Below, piece by piece: positions 1 to 8,439 of a stretch of DNA of 64,000 nt. The translations under genes were made by a program, and so were the position numbers. Positions within the stretch are counted from its first letter, which is position 1; the number at the start of each line of letters is the position of its first letter. A model generated the notes under the pieces. The model was not told the DNA's origin. It saw nothing but the letters and a program-made list of their open reading frames with translations, and did not search any database. Source of the DNA: Alphaproteobacteria bacterium (lineage in GTDB: Bacteria > Pseudomonadota > Alphaproteobacteria > MPNO01); NCBI GenBank assembly GCA_964291675.2, contig OZ219865.1, positions 1,056,001-1,120,000 of the forward strand, in the 5' to 3' direction.

Positions 1-54
1 GATCCACGGCGCGAGCGCGCAGGTGACCGGAGCGTAGTAGAGGGTGATGTCCAT
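1..54 (-). CDS. Glutathione S-transferase family protein, N-terminus (runs off window edge)
   Basis: Reverse strand reads MDITLYYAPVTCALAPWI, a typical GST N-terminus; AGGAG RBS at 61-65. Confidence 0.7.
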   Translation of the reverse strand, partial: MDITLYYAPVTCALAPWI

Positions 55-225
55 GACGTGCTCCTGGCGGGAATATTGATGGCGGCAGGAGCGTAGGAAC
101 CCCCGCCCGACGCGGCAATGGGAGAGTGAGTGTCATGCAGCGGTCGCGGGCATGACGCGAGTCGTGGCGACTCCACCCCGCGTTGAGCGCACTATACTGA
201 CGTAGGGTAGCTTGCAGCGCTGGGG

Positions 226-1056
226 GTGGTATTGGACGCCGTGCAGTTGCCGGGCTGGCTCGAGGCGTTGCGGAGAGACGAGATCATCGGCCCGGTCCGC
301 AACGATCCCCGATCGCAAGGCGGCACGCGCTTCGGCATGACCTCGGACCAGGCGGTTGAAGCCATCGGCCGCGGTCAAGCCGACTTCGATGCCCCATTGG
401 GAGCTTTGTCCCCGGACGACTTGGCGCTGCTCTACGCGTTCATGAACCAGAGGGGCCACGTCGAGGAACTGGTTACCGCTTTCGGCCAACTCCTGGCTGG
501 CGCGCGGCCGGAGAATCCCATCGTCGTGGATATAGGCTGCGGTCCTTTCACCGGAGGCCTCGCCCTGGCGGCGACGCTTGGGGACGAGCCGTGCTTCGAC
601 TATATCGGTGTTGACCGCGCGGAATCGATGCGGCGGCTCGGCGCGCGCCTGGCAGGCTCGAATCTCCTGCCCGGACAGGTGACAGCGCGTTGGGCTTTCG
701 ACATCGACTCTGTCAAATGGCAGCGGCCTCCCGGGTTTCGGGAAGTGATCGTGATCGTCTCGTACCTGTTTGCCAGCCCGACCCTGGACGTCGAAGCCGT
801 CTTCGGGGACCTCGAACGCCTGCTCGATCGGCTCGGCCGCGGTGCCGTGACGCTGCTCTACACCAACTCGGCGCGGCAAGAGCCCAACCGGCACTATCCG
901 GAGTTCCGGGAGAGACTCGAATCGGCGGGCTTTCGCGTGCATGCACAGGATCAAGGCGAGATCGTCGTCGAGCGGTCCAGTCGTCGCCAAGCGCGCAGGC
1001 TGTACTACGCCCTTTTCCGCCGCCCTCCGCGGCAAACTCTGCGACTTGGAGACTGA
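226..1056 (+). CDS. Class I SAM-dependent methyltransferase (Rsm22-like), substrate unknown
   Basis: Motif I VVDIGCGPFTG, acidic motif II YIGVD, VIVSYLF; start may be GTG 241. Confidence 0.75.
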   Translation: MVLDAVQLPGWLEALRRDEIIGPVRNDPRSQGGTRFGMTSDQAVEAIGRGQADFDAPLGALSPDDLALLYAFMNQRGHVEELVTAFGQLLAGARPENPIVVDIGCGPFTGGLALAATLGDEPCFDYIGVDRAESMRRLGARLAGSNLLPGQVTARWAFDIDSVKWQRPPGFREVIVIVSYLFASPTLDVEAVFGDLERLLDRLGRGAVTLLYTNSARQEPNRHYPEFRERLESAGFRVHAQDQGEIVVERSSRRQARRLYYALFRRPPRQTLRLGD

Positions 1057-1057
1057 C

Positions 1058-2146
1058 GTGCGGCTGCCGACCTACGAAGAGATCGCTCGCGTCGAGGAGC
1101 AACTCGCGGTCTACGAGACGCCGTTCGACCAGTCGCTGTTTGTAGTGGGACCGCCCGGCTCCGGTAAGACGGTGCTCGCGGTCCATCGCGCCCAAATGAT
1201 CGCCGGCGCCGACGTCCAAGTAGTACTGATAACCTACAATCGAATGCTCCGTCGTCTCATCGTCCAGTTGACGGAGGAACAGGTCCAGGCGCAGACCATG
1301 CACAGCTTCGTGAGCGCTCGCTACTACGAGCAAACGAAGACTGGAGCGCCGCAGCCGGAAGAGTTCGATTACGACTGGCATGCGATGTTCGCGACGCTCA
1401 AGGAGCGTGGCGTGGTGCCCCAACCGATTTGTGCCATCGTCGACGAAGCCCAGGACCTTCCCCGGTCATTCTTCCGTTACCTCCGGGATTACGTGGCGAG
1501 CGCCGTCACGGTGTTCGCCGATGAGGACCAGGCCCTCCGCGCAGACCGTTCCACGCTCCGCGACATCCAGTCTGAGGGGCGTTTCGGCGATCCGGTCCTG
1601 CTGAGCGCCAATCATCGCAACACGCCCGAGATCGCGCGTGTCGCCGAGTTCTTTCACGCGGGCGATGCTCCCGTGCCCGAGGTGAAGCGCGGTCGGTCCA
1701 GCGAACTGCCGCGCCTGGTAGCCTGTCGCATGGAGAGCGCGACCGTGCTGATCGCCAACTGGTACAGTACACGCGGTGGCCGCGTCGGTGTCGCGGTGGT
1801 CCGCAACGACACGGGAGAGAGCCTGTACTCCCGCTTGCGCGATCGACTCCCGGGACAACCTGTCAACATCTACACGACCGACAGAAAGAACGAGAACGAG
1901 ATCGACCTCCTGGGACGGGGAGTGACGATATTGAACGTGGGGTCGATCAAGGGGCAAGAGTTCGACACCGTCTTCGTCATGGAGGTCGGCAAACTTCTTC
2001 TCCACAGCAACCCGGTGAATCAACGCAAGATGTACATGCTTTGCGCCCGGGCGCGGGATAGTCTCTTCCTGATGCATGAGGGCGACCGCTTGCCCGATGC
2101 GCTCCTCGACCGGTTGCCGGGCCCCGAATTCCTGGAACGGCCATGA
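1058..2146 (+). CDS. Compact superfamily 1 (UvrD-like) helicase/ATPase
   Basis: GPPGSGKT, LITYNRML, TMHSF, IVDEAQD, FADEDQ, NHRNT, KGQEFDTV, YMLCARAR; GTG start 1 nt after upstream stop with GGAGA RBS. Confidence 0.9.
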   Translation: MRLPTYEEIARVEEQLAVYETPFDQSLFVVGPPGSGKTVLAVHRAQMIAGADVQVVLITYNRMLRRLIVQLTEEQVQAQTMHSFVSARYYEQTKTGAPQPEEFDYDWHAMFATLKERGVVPQPICAIVDEAQDLPRSFFRYLRDYVASAVTVFADEDQALRADRSTLRDIQSEGRFGDPVLLSANHRNTPEIARVAEFFHAGDAPVPEVKRGRSSELPRLVACRMESATVLIANWYSTRGGRVGVAVVRNDTGESLYSRLRDRLPGQPVNIYTTDRKNENEIDLLGRGVTILNVGSIKGQEFDTVFVMEVGKLLLHSNPVNQRKMYMLCARARDSLFLMHEGDRLPDALLDRLPGPEFLERP

Positions 2147-4419
2147 GCGGACAGACAAATTTCGACTTCATGGACCCGCCGGACGGAAGCGCGGAGCGTG
2201 CGGCCGATGGAAGTCCTCCGGGCCAGGACGGCGACCGGAGATCGGCTGGTTGGCTGGGCCTCGCGACGAACCATCGAAGGCTGTTCGTCGCCAGCCAGGA
2301 CGGTTGGCTGCGCCCGCCCCCCGGCTCCTGCTTCCTTCTGGGACGGGAGAGCTTCGTATCGGAGGAAGTTTCCGGTGCCCGAAACGCGATCCCGATACGC
2401 CTCGCCTTCGACGTTGACAAGCTCCCCTTCCCGGACGCCCGGAGAGACCTGGAACGTGACGATGGCGACGTGTCCCCGGTCGTTCCCTGGCGCGCACCGA
2501 TCCCCCTCTATGCGGCCACGACCGTCGAAGTCCCCTCCGACGGACAGAAGACACACCTCCTCGCGATGGCGGGACAATTCTCCAACCTCTCCCTGCCGGA
2601 CACAGCGGTCGCGGTGACCGGGTTCGCGCCGGAACCTGCCCCGACGGGCGATCCCGGAACCCCGGAAGCCCGACCTTTGGAATTGCCCGAGGCGTTGAAC
2701 GCCATCCAGGGGGCGATGGCGATGGCGGTTTGGGCGGTGCCCCACGTGGAGCCGTGGATCGAGGTCTTGCGCCGGATCCTCGGGCGGAACGCGGCCGGGT
2801 TTGCGAAAGAAACCTTACGGCTCGACGCGCAATGGTTGCAGGTCCCTTGGCTGGATGGAGACCCTTCGGAAGGTGTTGGGGACAATTCAGACGATCAAGA
2901 GCGGCTGTGGCGGGCGGCATTGTCCTGCATGGAATGGCCGAAAGCCGAGGAAGAATCCCCCGCCACACTCGCCGGCCGGATAGCGCAAACAGCCTCTCTC
3001 GACGAGACGCACCCTTGGCCGGAGCGGACTCGACGGATCGTCGCAGGAAATGAGACGGTCTCCTGCGACGATTGGCGCGGCAACGGCGCAGGCCTCGCCA
3101 TATGGCTCGCCCTGCTGCGGCCGGACCCGATGAGATTCAGAACCTGGAACCAGGACCTGCCGGGTCTGCCGCCCGGGGTGTGGTGGGCCGCCGCCACCCT
3201 GTGCGGATGGCGCCACGGCTACCGGGCTCTCGACAGGGAATTCCGCGGCGATGCCGGGCTGCGGGAATACCTGGCGACCCGCGCTCTGGCGGCTTCCTGG
3301 CCGGGCGGCGAGGCGGCGGCGCTGCCGCCCTCTCAACGGTCTGCCCTCGAACGGATGGACGAGGACGGCTACTTCACGCTGGCCTGGCGCGGCGCGCCGG
3401 TGCTTCGCAAGCAGTGGAAAGCCCGCGCCAAGTGGTACGCCGCCGACCTCACCGCCACCGCCGCCGGCGAGGCGGCCCGGGACCTCGCCGGTCGGTTGGC
3501 CTGGCCGTGCATCGAGCGCCGGCTTTCCTTGCCGAAAGGGCGCTGGCATGCCGATGGAAGCGGCAACTGGTTCGTCGATGGCGACGATCTTGTCGTTGAA
3601 GGGAAGAAAAGCCTTCGACTGCCGCAGGACGTCGATGTCGAAGAGCGCGTGGATCCCGACGAGTTTCGTCGCAGGCTGGCGACCGAAGCCGGCGTCGTTC
3701 CAGACCCACCGCAGGTCTTTGCGCGCCGGTTCGAGGCGGTGGCCGGCGTCGTCATGGAGTCGCCGGAGGCCTATCGTGCCCCGTCGATGACGGAGGAAGT
3801 CGTCACGGCGGACTTGCCGCGAGCCGATCGAGCCCAGTCCGCAATCGAGCCGCCGGGCTTGATTTGCAGGCCGGAATTCATCACGGAGGAAGAAGAGGCC
3901 AAGCTGTTGGCGTGGATCGACGGAGCCGAGTGGAGCACGGAACTTCAACGCCGAGTGCAGCACTATGGGTGGCGCTACGACTACAAGAAGCGCGGGATCG
4001 ACGAATCGGACCGCGCGCCGGAACTCCCGGAATGGGCGCACGAATTGGGCCATAGACTAGTGGACGAAGGGTTGATCCCGAACCGGCCCGATCAGCTGAT
4101 CGTCAACGAATATCTCGGCGACCAGGGCATCGCGCCCCATATCGACCATCCGGACGACTTCGCCGAGCATATAGCGACGATCAGCCTGCTCGAGACGTGG
4201 CTGATGTTTTTCCACCGCACGAGCGACCGGAAAATGCTACCCAAACACCTGGAACGTCGCAGCGTCGCGGTCCTGACGGGCGATGCGCGATACAAATGGA
4301 AACACGAAATCCCGCAGCGCAAGACCGTCCCTCCGATAGGCGGCAAGGGCAAACGCACGCCACGATCCCGACGGGTTTCACTGACCTTCCGCACAACGCG
4401 ATTCAGCCTGGACGCCTGA
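2143..4419 (+). CDS. Fusion protein: large unknown N-terminal region plus C-terminal AlkB-family 2OG-Fe(II) dioxygenase
   Basis: C-terminus RRVQHYGWRYDY, QLIVNEY, HID (HxD), KHEI, RVSLTFR; ATGA overlap with helicase stop. Confidence 0.85.
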   Translation: MSGQTNFDFMDPPDGSAERAADGSPPGQDGDRRSAGWLGLATNHRRLFVASQDGWLRPPPGSCFLLGRESFVSEEVSGARNAIPIRLAFDVDKLPFPDARRDLERDDGDVSPVVPWRAPIPLYAATTVEVPSDGQKTHLLAMAGQFSNLSLPDTAVAVTGFAPEPAPTGDPGTPEARPLELPEALNAIQGAMAMAVWAVPHVEPWIEVLRRILGRNAAGFAKETLRLDAQWLQVPWLDGDPSEGVGDNSDDQERLWRAALSCMEWPKAEEESPATLAGRIAQTASLDETHPWPERTRRIVAGNETVSCDDWRGNGAGLAIWLALLRPDPMRFRTWNQDLPGLPPGVWWAAATLCGWRHGYRALDREFRGDAGLREYLATRALAASWPGGEAAALPPSQRSALERMDEDGYFTLAWRGAPVLRKQWKARAKWYAADLTATAAGEAARDLAGRLAWPCIERRLSLPKGRWHADGSGNWFVDGDDLVVEGKKSLRLPQDVDVEERVDPDEFRRRLATEAGVVPDPPQVFARRFEAVAGVVMESPEAYRAPSMTEEVVTADLPRADRAQSAIEPPGLICRPEFITEEEEAKLLAWIDGAEWSTELQRRVQHYGWRYDYKKRGIDESDRAPELPEWAHELGHRLVDEGLIPNRPDQLIVNEYLGDQGIAPHIDHPDDFAEHIATISLLETWLMFFHRTSDRKMLPKHLERRSVAVLTGDARYKWKHEIPQRKTVPPIGGKGKRTPRSRRVSLTFRTTRFSLDA

Positions 4420-4439
4420 GCGATCGCCTGCCGGGGCTA

Positions 4440-6827
4440 TCACACCCGCCCGAGCGCCCTCAGCACGGTCTCCGGCGTGATCGGGTGCTCGGTCACCCTG
4501 GCGCCGAACGGCGTGAGCGCGTCGTTGACCGCGTTCATCACCGCCGACGGCGCGCCGCCGACGCCCGATTCGCCGACCCCCTTGGCGCCGAGCTCGGATT
4601 CGGCGGTCGGCGTCTCGACATGGGCCACGTCGATGTCGGGCATCTCCAGCGCCATCGGCGTCAGGTAGTCGACCATGGTGCCGTTCTGGAGCTGCGCGTT
4701 CTCGTCGTAGATGCAGTGCTCGTAGAGCCCGCCGCCGATCCCTTGGATGGCGCCGCCGCGGACCTGCTCGTCGGCCAGCATGGGGTTGACCACCCGGCCG
4801 CAATCCTCCACCACCCAGTGGTCGAGCAGCCGCACCATGCCGGTCTCGACATCGACCTCGACATGCGAGGCGTGCGCGCCGTTGGTAAATATGTAGATCC
4901 GGTCGCGCAGGCGGAAATGCCGCGTCTGGGTGAGCTCGGGCTGGATGTCGTTGGGCAGCTCGCCGACCTGGAAATGGCCGATGCGGCCGATCTCGGCGAG
5001 CGAGACTCTGGCCGTCGTGCCGCCCGCATCCACCACCTCGCCGCCGGCCACGTCCAGCCGCTCCGGCGCGGTCTGCAGCAGCGCCCCGGCGAGCCGCAGG
5101 ATCTCGGCGCGCAGCGCGCGGCCGGCGAGCCAGGTCGCCTCGCCGCCGATCGCCGTCGCCCGGCTGGCATAGGTGCCCCCGCCATAGGGCACCGCGTCGG
5201 TATCGCCCGAGATCACCCGGACGCGCTCGATCGGCACGCCGACGGCGGTCGCCGCGATCTGGCGCATCGCCGCATCCGCCCCCTGCCCCTGCTCGGTGAC
5301 GCCGACGGCACACAGCACGCCGCCGCCGGGCTCCAGGCTCATCGTGCAGGCGTCCTGCGAGGCGATCGGCGCCTTGCCGGCGCCGTAATAGCCCTCCGGC
5401 CCGGGCGCGGTGCCCTTGATGAAGCAGCAGACGCCGATGCCGCGCCAGACGCCGTCTGCGCGCAGCCGCGCCTGCTCGGCGCGCAGGCGGTCGTAGTCGA
5501 TGCGCGCGACGAGCTGCTCCAGGCAGGCCTGGTGCGACAGGTCCTGGACGTGCACGCCGGATGCGGTGCTGCGCGGGTAGGAGTCGTCCTGCATCAGGTT
5601 GCGCCGGCGCAGCTCGACCGGGTCCATGCCGATGGTCCCGGCGGCGAGGTCGAGCAGCGCCTCGCTGGCGGAGATGCCGATCGGGTGGCCGACGCCGCGA
5701 TACTGCGAGGTCGGCACGCCGTTGAGATAGACGATTTTCGCCACCGCCCGGTAGTTCGCGTGCCGGTAGGGCCCGCCGGCGATATTCAGGATCTGGTTGG
5801 CCTCGAACACGCTGGTGCGGGGGTACTGCGAATAGGCGCCGACGCCCGACAGGTCGTCGATCTCCAGCGCGGTGATCTCGCCGTCCCGGGTGAGGGCCAT
5901 GCGCGCCCTGATGCGGTTCTCGCGGGCGTGGATGTCGGTGACGAAGGATTCGAGCCGGTCGGCGACGAACTTGACCGGCCGGCCGAGCAGTATCGCCAGC
6001 GCGCAGACCGCGACCTCGTCGCCATAGGTGTGGATCTTGAGCCCGAACGAGCCGCCGACATCGGGCGCCACGATGCGGATGTTGTGCTCGTCGACCGGCA
6101 GATGCCGCGCGAACACGGTCTTGATCATGTGCGGCACCTGGCTGGAGGTGTGGACGGTGAGCTTCTCCGCCCCGGGGTCCCAGTCGGCGAGCAGGGCGCG
6201 CGGCTCCAGGCTGACCGCGGTGTGGCGGCCGAACTCGTAGGTCTCCTCGACCGTCACCGCGCCGGCGGCGGCGAAGGCGGCATCGACGTCGCCGTTGTCG
6301 ATGTCGCGGCGCCAGGCGAGGTTGTCGCCGAGCCCGGGATGCAGCACGGTGGCGCCCGGGCCGAGCGCGCGCTCCTTGTCGATGACGACGGGAAGCTCCT
6401 GCCACTCGATCTCGACCAGCTCGGCCGCGTCCTCGGCCTCGGCCCGGGTGCGCGCGCAGACCGCCGCCACCGGCTCGCCCTGCCAGCACGCGCGGTCGGT
6501 CGCCATCGCGTGCTGCTCGGCCGCCTTCATCCCCTCGAAGCTGGTCAGCATCCCCGACCAGGGCGGGCAGTGGCGGGCGAGCTCGGCGCCGGTCATCGCG
6601 CAGACCACGCCGGGATGGGCGGCCGCCGCCGCGGTGTCGATGCCGAGGATGCGGGCATGGCCGTAGGGGCTGCGCACGAACGCCGCGTGCACCATGCGGG
6701 GCAGCGCGATGTCGTCGGTATAGCGCCCCCGCCCCGCCACCGCCCGCCTGGCGCCGGGGCGCGACAGCACCCGGCCGACATAGGAGTTGGGACCGTCGAA
6801 GGGGGTGACCGGATTGCCAGACGACAC
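4440..6827 (-). CDS. Xanthine dehydrogenase family molybdopterin-binding large subunit
   Basis: GRGRYTDD, VRSPYGHARI, GGSFGLK, YRGVGHP, GQG, GAKGVGE motifs. Confidence 0.92.
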   Translation of the reverse strand: MSSGNPVTPFDGPNSYVGRVLSRPGARRAVAGRGRYTDDIALPRMVHAAFVRSPYGHARILGIDTAAAAAHPGVVCAMTGAELARHCPPWSGMLTSFEGMKAAEQHAMATDRACWQGEPVAAVCARTRAEAEDAAELVEIEWQELPVVIDKERALGPGATVLHPGLGDNLAWRRDIDNGDVDAAFAAAGAVTVEETYEFGRHTAVSLEPRALLADWDPGAEKLTVHTSSQVPHMIKTVFARHLPVDEHNIRIVAPDVGGSFGLKIHTYGDEVAVCALAILLGRPVKFVADRLESFVTDIHARENRIRARMALTRDGEITALEIDDLSGVGAYSQYPRTSVFEANQILNIAGGPYRHANYRAVAKIVYLNGVPTSQYRGVGHPIGISASEALLDLAAGTIGMDPVELRRRNLMQDDSYPRSTASGVHVQDLSHQACLEQLVARIDYDRLRAEQARLRADGVWRGIGVCCFIKGTAPGPEGYYGAGKAPIASQDACTMSLEPGGGVLCAVGVTEQGQGADAAMRQIAATAVGVPIERVRVISGDTDAVPYGGGTYASRATAIGGEATWLAGRALRAEILRLAGALLQTAPERLDVAGGEVVDAGGTTARVSLAEIGRIGHFQVGELPNDIQPELTQTRHFRLRDRIYIFTNGAHASHVEVDVETGMVRLLDHWVVEDCGRVVNPMLADEQVRGGAIQGIGGGLYEHCIYDENAQLQNGTMVDYLTPMALEMPDIDVAHVETPTAESELGAKGVGESGVGGAPSAVMNAVNDALTPFGARVTEHPITPETVLRALGRV

Positions 6828-7050
6828 GGCGCGCTCCGTCAGGGGTTCGGGATCGGCCGGGACGCTAGCAACATCGGCGGGCCGTGGCTATGGCGGGCGG
6901 GGGCGGTGGCCATATCGATCGGCACCGCGGTCGAATTCACGGACAACCGGCCCGGGCGATCCCTCGATACGGCGCCCCGCGCCTACTCGGGATGAGCCTG
7001 TGCCTGTCCTCGCTGCGCTGCGGCATTTGTCGAGCCATAGCAACCCCCCT

Positions 7051-7161
7051 CGTCATGCCCGGACTTGATCCGGGCACCCATGCGACCCCTCCGCGCGCAA
7101 GGCGGCCGGGCGGGAGAGGCGGTGGCGCCAGTGGGTGCCCGGATCAAGTCCGGGCATGACG
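7051..7161. repeat. CGTC-type REP doublet (REPIN-like), copy 1
   Basis: Perfect 30-bp inverted arms cgtcatgcccggacttgatccgggcaccca at 7051-7080 and 7132-7161, 51-bp spacer. Confidence 0.9.
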
Positions 7162-7225
7162 AATGGGGGGCATGGCGATGGCAGGGACGAAGCCCCGGAA
7201 AATGACCTTATATGCAAATTAATGC

Positions 7226-7254
7226 TTGACATGGGACGCGTTTTGGGGTAGATT
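7226..7254 (+). promoter_or_regulatory. Sigma70-like promoter
   Basis: TTGACA-17 bp-TAGATT in an AT-rich patch. Confidence 0.6.
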
Positions 7255-7272
7255 TGGCATGCTAGCCAATGT

Positions 7273-7300
7273 GGGCGCCGGAACTCCCGGCGCCCTTTTT
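7273..7300 (+). terminator. Intrinsic terminator-like hairpin upstream of amidase
   Basis: gggcgccgg-aactc-ccggcgccc followed by ttttt. Confidence 0.65.
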
Positions 7301-7323
7301 CGTTGCCGCAAAGGAGACCCGCC

Positions 7324-7788
7324 ATGCAATTCGCCAAGCCCGCCCGCCCGGTCGATCGCGTCTTCCTGCATTGCAGCGCGAGCGACAACCCGGACCACGA
7401 CGATATCGGCACGATCCGCGCATGGCATGTCGACGGCAATGGCTGGTCGGATGTCGGCTACCACTATTTCATCCGCAAGGACGGCACGCTGGAAGCCGGA
7501 CGGGCGCTGGAGCGCACCCCGGCGGCGCAGTCCGGCAACAACGCGGGCACCGTGGCGGTCTGCCTGCACGGCCTGGCGGCGGAGAATTTCACCGAGGCGC
7601 AGTTCCGCACCCTCGCCGCCCTCGCGCGCGAGATCGACGAAGCCTATTCCGGCCGCGTCACCTTCCACGGCCATTGCGAGGTCTCGGCCAAGTCCTGCCC
7701 GGTGTTTCCCTATGCCGAGGTGCTGGGGCTCGACGAGGCGGGCCGGATGGCGCAGCCGCGGCCGGACGACCCGGCCGTCGCCGCGTAG
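7324..7788 (+). CDS. N-acetylmuramoyl-L-alanine amidase (T7 lysozyme-like, amidase_2)
   Basis: FLHCSA, WSDVGYHYFIRKDG, GR, FHGH, KSCP zinc-site motifs; AAGGAG RBS; no signal peptide. Confidence 0.9.
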   Translation: MQFAKPARPVDRVFLHCSASDNPDHDDIGTIRAWHVDGNGWSDVGYHYFIRKDGTLEAGRALERTPAAQSGNNAGTVAVCLHGLAAENFTEAQFRTLAALAREIDEAYSGRVTFHGHCEVSAKSCPVFPYAEVLGLDEAGRMAQPRPDDPAVAA

Positions 7789-7789
7789 C

Positions 7790-8152
7790 CTAGCCGGACG
7801 GGCGCGCGGCGACGGCGATCAGCTCGATCTTGTTGCCGCCGGCGAAGGTCACCTGCACGCAGGACCGCATCGGCCAGCCGGCCGGGTCGTCGCCGATCCA
7901 GCGCGCCCACATCTCGTCGAAGCCGGGCTTCTCGCCGATGTCGTGCAGATAGACCTGCACGCCGAGCAGGCGCGACCGGTCGGTTCCCGCCGCCGCCAGC
8001 CCGCGGTCGAGCGCCTCGAAGGCGCGCTCGGCCTGATCCCGGAACGGCAGGGAGAAATCGTCCGACATGCCGAGCACCCAGGCGAGGTTCTCGAAGGCCG
8101 AGCCCCAGCAGCGGCTCGGCACGTTGCCGGGAATGCGCAGGATGTCGGTCAT
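7790..8152 (-). CDS. Rid (YjgF/YER057c/UK114) family protein, YoaB-like
   Basis: QAERAFEALDRGL, VYLHDI, FDEMWARW, PMRSCVQV, KIELIAVAA. Confidence 0.8.
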   Translation of the reverse strand: MTDILRIPGNVPSRCWGSAFENLAWVLGMSDDFSLPFRDQAERAFEALDRGLAAAGTDRSRLLGVQVYLHDIGEKPGFDEMWARWIGDDPAGWPMRSCVQVTFAGGNKIELIAVAARPSG

Positions 8153-8375
8153 GGCGGTTCTCCTCGGCTCATCGGACGGGGCAGGTGGACGGCGATCGGC
8201 GGAATGGCGATCAATAGCGCGAACGGCACGAAGCCGCAGCCGACGAAGCGGACCGCCGCGCGCGCCTCCTCCCACGGCGCGGTTCCCCGCGGCGCCACCG
8301 GCGAGCCCATCGACACCCGACTCGGGGAGGCGGCTTGATCGGGAGCGGATGTGCCATTAGATTGACGGCAACACC

Positions 8376-8419
8376 CCTTGCGGTTTCGACCGCAGGGCGC
8401 GGGGCCTCTTCGGAGGCCC
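8376..8419 (+). promoter_or_regulatory. Tandem TTCG-tetraloop hairpins in NYN gene leader
   Basis: ccttgcggt-ttcg-accgcaggg (8376-8397) and gggcctc-ttcg-gaggccc (8402-8419). Confidence 0.55.
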
Positions 8420-8439
8420 TTGCTTTTGCATGGTCTTCG

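Noticed and set aside
132-198. Short palindromes (gtcatgc/gcatgac, gagtcg/cgactc) and TATACT upstream of the methyltransferase operon as an operator-promoter
   Set aside because: Stems are short and there is no convincing -35 at proper spacing; cannot be supported without homolog alignment.
226-4419. Assignment to a restriction-modification, Gabija or Hma system
   Set aside because: No DPPY/NPPY or PC motif recognised in the methyltransferase, no OLD/TOPRIM nuclease and no separate ATPase; a profile search is still needed to exclude distant matches.
4440-6827. Aerobic CO dehydrogenase CoxL
   Set aside because: Lacks the AYxCSFR form I motif and has no coxMS or accessory genes; the same applies to 12816-15089.
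7051-7161. CRISPR array or small protein (VMPGLDPG...) from the repeats
   Set aside because: The repeats are dispersed inverted doublets with homologous spacers and no cas genes; the ORFs are by-products of the palindromes.
7324-7788. Intact prophage around the amidase
   Set aside because: No integrase, structural, terminase or holin genes nearby.
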